A DNA stretch of 34,719 nt, from assembly GCA_964508365.1 (NCBI GenBank), contig CAZDTP010000043.1:1-34719 (forward strand). Direction: 5' to 3'. A program made the translations under genes and the position numbers. Of the stretch, positions 9,388 to 17,892 are shown one piece after another. Under the pieces are notes generated by a model, which made no database searches, was not told the DNA's origin, and worked only from the letters and a program-made list of their open reading frames with translations. Source of the DNA: an uncultured archaeon. GTDB taxonomy: Archaea; Asgardarchaeota; Lokiarchaeia; Sigyniarchaeales; SOKP01. The number at the start of each line of letters is the position of its first letter. The first letter of the stretch is position 1.

Positions 9388-10788
9388 CTATAATGAAGTA
9401 AAATCGTCAGCATTATTCTTAAGTATTTTAAATGAGGGTATAGATAATCTTATACCTCCTGCTAATTTATGACCACCACCCGTTCCTCCAATTTTTTGTT
9501 TTATCGTACTTATAACACTATTAACACCCATGTGACCGCTTTCTAAATATTTCCGAGAGCACCTCACACTAAGTTTAACCATCTGAGTTTTCTTCTCGAG
9601 TCCACCTAGGAACATCATCTTATCGGGATTTAGTAATCCGTTAACGGAAGTAAAACTTGCTGTGTCTGACCAATTGCTCGGGGGTATTTTACCGTTTCCT
9701 GCATCTATGAAAATTGTGCTTTTAGTTTCATAACGAGGCAATTCATTTGCTAATATTTTTAAATTTTGAACCAGTGTATCGATATATTCATTATAAAGCT
9801 CTTTGGCGTATCGCGTAATAGATTTTTGGTATATAATCGAAATAGCAGCGCTAATATTTTTAAATGATAGAATGTTTAGCAATATAGCGTGCTCAAACAC
9901 AAATCTTAATAAACCTTGCTTTTGAGGCAATAAAGCAAAGTGTCCAATACCAATATCAATACTTTTAAGAATTCTTTGAATTTCATCTTGCTCTAAATCA
10001 ACAATTTTTTTATTGGGGTTTATGTTTATGCTATTTAAAAAGGATTTAATGGTTTGATCACTTTCACCACCATATCCAATTAGAAAAGGCAAAATACTAT
10101 ATTTTAAACCCTTTTTTATAGATTCATTCATACTTCCAAAAAGAATTAACCCTTCCTGATCTATGACAAGATCTTCGTCGCATATTTCTTGATAAATTTC
10201 CTTATTAAAAGACTGGAGCTTTTCCATGGACCGTAAGGAGTCTCCCGCAATTCCGATAACGGCAAGCCAACCTTGCTTTATAATCGATAAATTTATTTTT
10301 TTAGCAAACAAATAAGCTAAAGTAGCACCCGATACATGATCTAAACCGTCAAATCCAAAAACCGTTGGATTAACAAAGAATAAATTTTCTGGAAGTTCTT
10401 CCAAATCTATATCGCAATCGACTTCATGGTGATCAAGAATGTAAAAATGTTCTTTTCGTTTTTTAATAATAGGCACTAATTCAGCTAGATTAGAACCCAC
10501 ATCAGTAAATATTAGTGCAGTTCTGCTGTTTTGAGTTTTCGGTAAAATTCCATTTAAATAACTTCCCCACGAAACAGATCTATTATAGATGAAATAATCA
10601 TAATTGAATTTCATTTTTTGGAGCAAATTTTGAATAATTTGCAGGCTACTAATCCCATCTGCGTCATTATGTGAAATTGCAATCATGTTATTATAAAGAT
10701 TTTGAGAATAATCCTCGAAAAAGTCTACAGCAGTATTGAGGTGTTTTAAAAATTTAGTGCGATCTGGTTTTGTGCCCATAAAAATCAT
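9388..10788 (-). CDS. DHH/DHHA1 phosphoesterase, archaeal RecJ/Cdc45(GAN)-like
   Basis: SHNDADG, FTDVG, LDHH, DHVSGA and C-terminal DHHA1 GGGHKLAGG. Start may be the ATG at 10779. Confidence 0.85.
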   Translation of the reverse strand: MIFMGTKPDRTKFLKHLNTAVDFFEDYSQNLYNNMIAISHNDADGISSLQIIQNLLQKMKFNYDYFIYNRSVSWGSYLNGILPKTQNSRTALIFTDVGSNLAELVPIIKKRKEHFYILDHHEVDCDIDLEELPENLFFVNPTVFGFDGLDHVSGATLAYLFAKKINLSIIKQGWLAVIGIAGDSLRSMEKLQSFNKEIYQEICDEDLVIDQEGLILFGSMNESIKKGLKYSILPFLIGYGGESDQTIKSFLNSININPNKKIVDLEQDEIQRILKSIDIGIGHFALLPQKQGLLRFVFEHAILLNILSFKNISAAISIIYQKSITRYAKELYNEYIDTLVQNLKILANELPRYETKSTIFIDAGNGKIPPSNWSDTASFTSVNGLLNPDKMMFLGGLEKKTQMVKLSVRCSRKYLESGHMGVNSVISTIKQKIGGTGGGHKLAGGIRLSIPSFKILKNNADDFTSL

Positions 10789-11068
10789 TTAATAGGATTT
10801 TCGACATTAATATGTTTAATCGGGTATAATTGGAAAAAACTAATATATCATATTAAGCTTCTTAATTACTTTATTATTAAAAATGTGTTTTTAAGTAATA
10901 GATATGCCTTTTAAAGGCGGTTATGAATGATATAAAAATATATTCAATAAATATAAATATTCGTATAAGAAGACATTCACGGAAATTTAAGTAAAAATTA
11001 AAATCTTAAGAATAATTAATTAATTTTATTTAATTTTTTGATCAAAAAAATTCACTTTAAAAATAAAG

Positions 11069-12790
11069 ATGAAGAGCAATAATTACTGGAAATCTATTAT
11101 AGTCGTTATAATGCTAATGAGCACAGTAATCTCTTTGTTTCTTATTGGTCCTTCTTCAAATTACCGCTCTTTAAATCTTGATAATAATGATATCCCTATA
11201 ATTCCCGAACGTAGTTCTTTTTCGGAAGATGATTACTCTCCAATTATTAACACTCCTGAACAGGGACTTGGGAACATAACTATTACACAATTTTCATTTG
11301 ATGAAGAAGGTATTTTTAATCAATCAGATAATTATCCTAATCTCGTAGACGATTTAAGCTCTGGAGCGTTAAATATCTCATATTTAGAAACTAGATATCT
11401 TCAAACTATTAAAATCGCCCAATTTAATAATCTCGATAATTCTTTCCCAGAATCGAACAAGATAAAAGTGCTGATTAACGAATCTATTAGTGTTCAGTTT
11501 AATAGTTCCATAGATAATTCTGAGGGTTATTTAATCTATAAACCAGTCTTATATCCGAGAGTCCTTAATCAAGTACTTGTGAAAAATAGTACTGATTCTA
11601 TTATCGAAGAACTGAACGAAGGAGATTACTCGATTGATTCTGATGATTATTTTGTGTTCGACTATCAGAATTTCTTCTCAATAACTTTTCACAATTTTTC
11701 GATCTACTTCATATTTGAGTATACTCTCACCCTAGAAACTTGGGATTTAACTCAAAACCCTAGCGATGTCTTGTTGTTAACACAACAAACTCAAGACTTT
11801 AGCCCTTCATTTTATTATAACTTTACTTTAATTGGAAAAAAAATCACGGGTAACCTAACAAAACCTCCAGAACTTGCTGATAACCTCGTTTTAGAAATAA
11901 TTGTAGATCCCCTTGATAAGGAGTTGTTTTTTGATCATATTTTAGAAATAGATGATCAAACTAAATTAGATTTTTTGGAACCAGATAAAAAGATAAACGT
12001 ATCAATTTCTGCTGATGAAAAATTATTTTCATTAAAATTTAATGCTAATTTTACTATAATATTTGAAAATTCGGTTGATTTTAGCTGGGCAATAGATAGG
12101 TTAATAGGAGAGAGAAATATTCGCGAAAGAATTTATTTTCCATCGCTTATTTCTGGTCCAAAGCACATTTTTCTTAAAGATATTACACTAATTGAGAAGA
12201 CAATAATCGTAGATCAAATAATTAGTAATAGTTCATTATTTGCAAGAAATGTGAATGTACAGGATGTGATCGTTTCTATAACGCAAGAAACCATCGAGAA
12301 CAGTTTGCTTTTTACTAAGAATGCGGTAAAAAGGAAAGGATTAAAACTTTTTATTCCATATATCATCGTTGGCGAAACAAATCCATGCTCTTTAAAATAT
12401 TCTGCTACTAATGACCTTAAAATCGTTCTTACCGATAGTATTCGTATGCCTTTAGTTGGATATAGGATAGAATTAAATTATTATGGAAAAAAATATGGTA
12501 CATATATCTCGAACGATTTTACCCAACCAATGGCTTATGCATACTCAGATGAAAACGGAGAGATTTTAATCGAAAATGTTCCTAATGGGAACTATACTGT
12601 TAAAGTATACAAAGGCACTATTTTAAGTACAGAATTTCAAATTAATACTTTTAGAGAAGTTAACTATTTGATTACAGATGTTTTTCATTTTCCACTTTGG
12701 ATTCTAATATTTGGAGGAATTAACGGCATTTTAATACTGTTAGGTTTACTCTTATATTTTAAATACACGAAAAAATCTCAGAAAAATTGA
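11069..12790 (+). CDS. Predicted membrane-anchored extracellular protein
   Basis: N-terminal hydrophobic signal/anchor, many N-x-S/T sequons, prealbumin/carboxypeptidase-regulatory-like segment (SDENGEILIENVPNGNYTVKV), C-terminal TM helix plus basic tail. Confidence 0.7.
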   Translation: MKSNNYWKSIIVVIMLMSTVISLFLIGPSSNYRSLNLDNNDIPIIPERSSFSEDDYSPIINTPEQGLGNITITQFSFDEEGIFNQSDNYPNLVDDLSSGALNISYLETRYLQTIKIAQFNNLDNSFPESNKIKVLINESISVQFNSSIDNSEGYLIYKPVLYPRVLNQVLVKNSTDSIIEELNEGDYSIDSDDYFVFDYQNFFSITFHNFSIYFIFEYTLTLETWDLTQNPSDVLLLTQQTQDFSPSFYYNFTLIGKKITGNLTKPPELADNLVLEIIVDPLDKELFFDHILEIDDQTKLDFLEPDKKINVSISADEKLFSLKFNANFTIIFENSVDFSWAIDRLIGERNIRERIYFPSLISGPKHIFLKDITLIEKTIIVDQIISNSSLFARNVNVQDVIVSITQETIENSLLFTKNAVKRKGLKLFIPYIIVGETNPCSLKYSATNDLKIVLTDSIRMPLVGYRIELNYYGKKYGTYISNDFTQPMAYAYSDENGEILIENVPNGNYTVKVYKGTILSTEFQINTFREVNYLITDVFHFPLWILIFGGINGILILLGLLLYFKYTKKSQKN

Positions 12791-13116
12791 TAGTAATTTT
12801 CATTGACAACATTGAAAACTTCTTAAGTTTTCTTGACAAGAGAATTATGGATCAAGTGTTTTATGAAATTAAAGAGATTAAGGAAGAAACAGATTTATCT
12901 AAAGAAAATAAAATAGAGATAGTACTTCATTATTTAGCAAAAATTGGAGATACCTTAATATTATACGAAACGAGACAAAAAATTTCAAAAGCAATTAATT
13001 CTAATAGTGATTCGGACGTAATAAATACTCTGCAAAACATTTTTGATAAAGCAGATGCATCATTAAAATTAGTGAAAGGGAAAATCAGAGAAATTTTCCT
13101 CTCATACTCGCCATAA
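12787..13116 (+). CDS. Hypothetical protein
   Basis: 109-aa ORF; its TTG start overlaps the upstream TGA (translational coupling); typical coding composition. Confidence 0.65.
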   Translation: MIVIFIDNIENFLSFLDKRIMDQVFYEIKEIKEETDLSKENKIEIVLHYLAKIGDTLILYETRQKISKAINSNSDSDVINTLQNIFDKADASLKLVKGKIREIFLSYSP

Positions 13117-13143
13117 TAATTAGTAGAATTAGTTATTGTTTCT

Positions 13144-14723
13144 TTAGTTTAATTCTTTACCGTAACCTATTAAACGATAACGCCGATTTATAATTCTTGA
13201 AATCGCAAAAATCGAATTCGCTGGAGCACAAATTGGTGGGTTTAAACTAATAATATATGAATTTTTTAAGATTTTTATAACAGTTCCAGCCGTTTTTTCC
13301 GTTCCAACGACGAGTAATAACTTCTCGTTATGTTTTAACTGTTGAACTTTCATCTGTACCTCCACACCTAGCACTCTTTCCAAAAGGTTTACTTGTAATT
13401 CGACTTCAAAAATTATCTCAGGTAAAGTGTCAGGTCTACCAACTAAGTGTCCTATTAGAGAATCTCCCTTCGTCAAAGCAGGATCTAACATGGTTCCTAA
13501 TCCTATTAACCCTCCTGGCTTGGCTTCTTCTAAAGAATTAGTTCCTTGGCTTATGCTAGCTATTTTAGTTCTGAGTGGCTGATAATCATTTTTAACTCGT
13601 AATCCTGGCCTGATCTCAATTTCTTTCCCAACTTGAACCTTTCCTTTTAAAACCGATCCACCAATTACACCACCGTTTAAATCGTTTATTTGTGTGCCAG
13701 GGCGATTTATATCAAATGAACGAGCAACTAAAAATTGGAATTCCTCGTCCTCTTGAGTTATTGGTGATGGGATTATTTCTTCAAATGCTCGAACTACTAA
13801 ATTAAGATTTGCTCCAAATACAGCAGAAATTGGAATAATAGGGGCATTTTGTGCGATAGTGCCCTTCACAAATTCTTTAATCTGATTATAATTTTCTAAA
13901 GCTTGTTCTTTTGAGACAGCATCAATTTTATTTTGTATGATTATAATGTTCTTTATACTTGCGATATTCAACGCTGCTAAATGTTCTCTAGTTTGTGGTT
14001 GAGGACATATTTCATCAGCTGAAATTAACAAGCAAGCACCGTTCATTAAGGAGGCTCCGCTCAACATAGTAGCCATTAATATTTCATGACCTGGAGCATC
14101 AACAAATGATATATTTCTTTTAAATTCTAAGGTTTTTGAACAGTTTGGACAAGTGAATCTAGGTTGCCCTTTTTTTCTAGCAATCTCTGCCATATAGTAT
14201 GTTAAATATTCGTTGCACTCAGAACAATACAAAATTGTTGCGTTAGAATATCCCAATTTAATAGAAATACCCCGTTCTTGTTCTTCAGAGTGTCTATCCG
14301 TCCAATCGCCAGTTAAAGCTTTGACTAGTGTGGTCTTTATAGGAATTGTCGAAATGACTAATTCATTCCATGATCTACATGGCCCACTAGTCCAATATTA
14401 CATTCTGCTTGTATTTTTATTAGTTCTTTGAGGTTAGTGCTTTTTTCTGGCTTTGCCTTTTTTGTTGTTGTTACTTCTTTGGTGGGTTTCTCTTCTGCAT
14501 CCAGTTTTGGAGTTTCTACTTCTGACGATTTCTCCTTCAATAATAATCCTGCGCTTTCTATAAATCTCAATGTTGTTGCTTTGCCAATACCTTTGATCTT
14601 TAGTTTCACAATATCCTCTGGCTTAGACGAAGCTAAAATTTCAACAGACTTAATGCCTGCTTCTACTAATTTTTTAGCCATTTCAGAACCGATGCCTTTT
14701 ACATCTTCTAGATGATAAACCAT
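13144..14723 (-). CDS. eif2g: Translation initiation factor 2 subunit gamma (aIF2-gamma) with N-terminal (HhH)2 domain; two exons, complement(join(13144..14336,14366..14723)), 516 aa when spliced
   Basis: Exon 1 ends NIGLVGHVDHG. Exon 2 reads KTTLVKALTGDWTDRHSEEQERGISIKLGY, then the Zn knuckle, DAPGH, QTREH, NKID, SA and the domain II/III motifs. The spliced CDS is 1551 nt and in frame. Confidence 0.92.
14337..14365 (-). other. 29-nt bulge-helix-bulge (BHB) intron in aIF2-gamma mRNA
   Basis: Central helix AUGG/CUAU, 3-nt bulges AAU and AAA, inner hairpin GAAUUAGUC-AUUUC-GACAAUUC. Cutting after the 2nd nucleotide of each bulge gives CAU GGA AAG ACC (H-G-K-T). Confidence 0.88.
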
Positions 14724-14971
14724 AATAGATTTAGTTTTTTATTATAATTATTTCTTACTAATTATTCCTTAATTTTATTAATTCTCTTGAGAAAATAAAT
14801 AATTATACTTTGTTAATTGTAAACACTAGTTCTCCCATTCATCATATAACCTTTTAAGGGTATTTCTCCCCACGCCATATTTTTTAGTTAATTGGGTGAA
14901 GGAAGAGTATTTAATTATCTCTTTGTTAAACTAGAATGTTATAAAAAGGATTTATTTTAAACAAGGAGAAA

Positions 14972-15199
14972 TCACTTTATCGTTTCTAGCGTTTTTATTG
15001 CCCCAGGTTTCTTCTCTAACTCTTTATAAGACACTCGCAACAGACTATCGACATAAAAAGTTGAAGTTTTTCCACAAGATTCACTCGTATGATGAATATA
15101 AATTGGAGCAGGATATTGAGAGGTATTTACATCCTTTTCTTCTATCCTAAACACTATCCTCTGATTACAATAAGGGCACGTGTTAAATCTAAGTGGCAT
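14972..15199 (-). CDS. Small hypothetical putative metal-binding protein
   Basis: CPYC plus YPAPIYIHH...C; 75 aa with an ATG start. Confidence 0.7.
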   Translation of the reverse strand: MPLRFNTCPYCNQRIVFRIEEKDVNTSQYPAPIYIHHTSESCGKTSTFYVDSLLRVSYKELEKKPGAIKTLETIK

Positions 15200-15325
15200 A
15201 ATAAATACTTGAGTTTTAACTTTTTAATCGTATACTTATTTTTAATTATTTATAATATGTGTAAATATATTTTTTATTCTGAAAAAAATTATATAGTTAG
15301 TCACTTTTTATTATTTTGATTTTCC

Positions 15326-17479
15326 ATGGGGAAGCGTGGGTTTCAGAAATTTATTGTTTTTTCACTTATAATAGTGTTTATCATTCCAGTAATTACTCTC
15401 CGGATTGAAATTGAAGGACAATACACTAGAGAAAAAGAGATAATAGAAAATATAAACATATCAAACTCTCTTCTTAGTTTAGACAATTTATCATTACCAA
15501 GAATCGATTATGATGCATTAAACGACGCTTGGACTAATCAAAAAATAGAAATGTTAATAATCGTAAACGATTCGAGCTTTGTGGATTCTGTTACACCTTT
15601 AATGAACTGGAAAAATGAGAAAGGTGTCAAAACCATCATTTTATCTAATTATACAGAATATGAAGGTAGGGATAAAGCAGAACAGATCAGAAATATGATA
15701 AAAGATTATTACGAGAAGGAGGATATTCAGTGGGTCCTTCTAGCGGGCGATGCAGAAGAGAGTTTAATTCCCATAAGATATGTATATAACCCAGATGTTG
15801 TTGTAGTGAGTGGAGAATCGGAATATTCAGGCTGGAATGCTTATTCCAAACCTACTGATTATTATTATGCAGATTTAACAGGATCGTGGGATAGTAATAA
15901 TAATAGCATTTGGGGCGAATCTGCTGAATATACAGAAGCACTCGACGAGATCTCATGGATTCCAGAAGTATATGTTGGTAGATTACCCGCCGATGATGCG
16001 TTTGAACTCGCTGTGATGGTAAATAAAACTCTTAAATACGAAACTGATCCTTTTCTTGGAAACTGGATGAACAAAATGTTATTAGCGGGAGGAATTTCAT
16101 CGTACATCCCTCCTGAAGACGAAGCACGCTTAACAGAGTTAATTTGGGAAAATTACACAATATGCGAGATGAATTTTACTCATTTAGTTAAAACCACCTC
16201 TTCATTTGCGCCAGCGACCCCACCAACGCCAAATTCCCTTGATTCTCTTACCGATACAAGTTTTCGTAACGAATTTAATGCAGGATATTCAACAGTTATT
16301 TTTGCTGGTCATGGGAGCCCAGTTGAATTGACTGATGATAATAGTATGATATATTATACTTACACTAATGCTCTATCAAGTAGTAATTTGTACATGCCTT
16401 CTTTGTTCTACTCCGACGCGTGTACAACATCCTCATACGATATGGGGGATAGTAGCATAGGAGAAACACTTATTAAACAAAATATCTCAGGTGCGATTGG
16501 ATTTATTGGCGGAATTCGCGTAACTTGGTATCTTGAGGAAGATGATAATTTAGAAAAACTTAACAGAGGAAATGCTAAACTGTTTTGGGAAGTATTTTTC
16601 AAAGAAAAAAAGTTTCAACAAGGAAGAGCTTTGTATGATTCTAAGGTATCCTATATGAATAGCAATTATTTCAAAAGAGGAGAGGCTTCTATGATTCAAG
16701 AATGGCAACGCAAGAATTTGTTAACATACAATTTATTAGGTGATCCTGAATTAGATATATATACAAAAGTGCCAGAGAAAGTGTCTAATTATTTTAATGA
16801 GGATTTATACGAGGGACAATGCGTTTCATTTCAAGTTAAAGATGATCTGGGAAGAATTGTTCCAAGGGCAAGAATTAATTTGAAGGGTTCAAATGGAAAA
16901 TACCGAACAATATACGCCGATATAAACGGTCAAGTTGATTTCAGATTACCTCCAGGAGCTTATGAGAATTATAGTGTAATAATTACCGGACATAATGTAA
17001 TCCCTTCTTATCATAATTTTACTACTTTACCAGATACTGATAACCCGATTATTCTTGATGCTAATCACAGTCCTCTTGCCCCAACGGTATCAGATAATAT
17101 AGGTTTTTCTATACACGCCAGAGACAACCACTCTGGAATTGAGAGTATCTTTGTCATTATTTCTGAGAACAATTTCCATGAATATTCAATATATCGCCTT
17201 GTGAACGAATTTAATGAAAACAATGAACAGTTTGATTTTATTCTAAACAAAGAAGAACCGGGATATTATTCTTACGTTATTGTTGCTAGAGATTATTTAA
17301 ATAACACTAGCCTCTTATTAAGTGATAAATTTAATTTCGCAATACAAAAGCCATTTACGGATGCGGTGTTAATTATTACTTCTATATTAATTGTAGGATT
17401 GGTAGGTGTCTCATCGTTAGTTATGTTAATCCGATTGAATAAATATGAAAAGAATTTTAGGAGATCTGTAGAAAACTAA
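15326..17479 (+). CDS. Peptidase family C25 (gingipain-like), membrane-anchored
   Basis: Signal peptide, WVLLAGD, PTDYYYADL, PEVYVGRLP, catalytic His (FAGHG) and Cys (SDACTT), YNLLGDP, C-terminal TM helix. Confidence 0.88.
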   Translation: MGKRGFQKFIVFSLIIVFIIPVITLRIEIEGQYTREKEIIENINISNSLLSLDNLSLPRIDYDALNDAWTNQKIEMLIIVNDSSFVDSVTPLMNWKNEKGVKTIILSNYTEYEGRDKAEQIRNMIKDYYEKEDIQWVLLAGDAEESLIPIRYVYNPDVVVVSGESEYSGWNAYSKPTDYYYADLTGSWDSNNNSIWGESAEYTEALDEISWIPEVYVGRLPADDAFELAVMVNKTLKYETDPFLGNWMNKMLLAGGISSYIPPEDEARLTELIWENYTICEMNFTHLVKTTSSFAPATPPTPNSLDSLTDTSFRNEFNAGYSTVIFAGHGSPVELTDDNSMIYYTYTNALSSSNLYMPSLFYSDACTTSSYDMGDSSIGETLIKQNISGAIGFIGGIRVTWYLEEDDNLEKLNRGNAKLFWEVFFKEKKFQQGRALYDSKVSYMNSNYFKRGEASMIQEWQRKNLLTYNLLGDPELDIYTKVPEKVSNYFNEDLYEGQCVSFQVKDDLGRIVPRARINLKGSNGKYRTIYADINGQVDFRLPPGAYENYSVIITGHNVIPSYHNFTTLPDTDNPIILDANHSPLAPTVSDNIGFSIHARDNHSGIESIFVIISENNFHEYSIYRLVNEFNENNEQFDFILNKEEPGYYSYVIVARDYLNNTSLLLSDKFNFAIQKPFTDAVLIITSILIVGLVGVSSLVMLIRLNKYEKNFRRSVEN

Positions 17480-17520
17480 CTATATAATACACAGCCTTTT
17501 AAGTTTAACGGTTTATTATG

Positions 17521-17534
17521 AAAAAGTTTAATTA
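17521..17534 (+). promoter_or_regulatory. Candidate BRE/TATA promoter for the 5S precursor
   Basis: AAAAAG-TTTAATTA lies about 20-25 nt upstream of the first hairpin arm (17551); the AT-rich background limits certainty. Confidence 0.35.
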
Positions 17535-17550
17535 CTAGCTCGTACTATTC

Positions 17551-17625
17551 CTATTACTTACAACCATATAAATGAAGCATTTTACAATAATATAGCCAAA
17601 GTTATGAAATGGTTGTTAGTGATAG
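17551..17625 (+). repeat. Inverted repeat / leader hairpin (17551-17567 pairs with 17609-17625)
   Basis: CUAUUACUUACAACCAU / AUGGUUGUUAGUGAUAG: 17 positions with one U-U mismatch and one G-U pair. Confidence 0.75.
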
Positions 17626-17816
17626 TATTAACCACATAATCTCGTAGCAATTAGCTATAACGCCGGAAGTTAAACTGTTTTGCGTTGCAAATAGTACTAT
17701 AGTTGAAAATCTATGGGAACTTGCAAACTGTAGCTTCGGCTACGGTCATGGTAATACAGGATAGTACCCGGTACCATCCGAACCCGGAATCGTAAATGTG
17801 GTTAATGATTATCACT
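17618..17816 (+). repeat. Inverted-repeat processing stem flanking the 5S gene (17618-17637 pairs with 17796-17816)
   Basis: AGUGAUAGU/AUUAUCACU (9 bp, one G-U), a G bulge, then AUUAACCACAU/AUGUGGUUAAU (11 perfect bp). Confidence 0.85.
17669..17789 (+). rRNA. rrf: 5S rRNA, circularly permuted gene (3' half 17669-17734, UUCG linker 17735-17738, 5' half 17739-17789)
   Basis: All 5S elements are present: helix I CUGUAGC/GCUACGG, loop A UCAU, helix II GUAAUACAG/CUGUUUUGC, helix III ACCCGG/CCGGAAGU, loop C ACCAUCCGAAC, helix V UUGCAA/UUGCAA, loop E AGUA/GAA, helix IV with a GAAA loop. Confidence 0.92.
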
Positions 17817-17892
17817 GGTTTTGTCATTTTCTTATAAATAATGTTTTTAAAGCATACAATATAAGTTATAATAAGAGTAGATTAACTCTAAC

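Noticed and set aside
13144-14723. aIF2-gamma as a pseudogene, a sequencing error or a programmed ribosomal frameshift
   Set aside because: Both parts are intact. A frameshift would leave about 10 extra residues inside the P-loop. A random error would not create a 29-nt insert with exact BHB geometry that restores the frame.
15089-15319. 76-aa plus-strand ORF upstream of the C25 peptidase
   Set aside because: It overlaps the better-supported minus-strand gene and runs through low-complexity AT-rich promoter DNA.
17640-17800. Ordinary colinear 5S gene, partial 5S duplication, or tRNA
   Set aside because: The 5' half is not followed by a 3' half (the sequence continues UCGUAAAUGUGG). Only 6 nt are duplicated. 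No cloverleaf or T-loop consensus is present.
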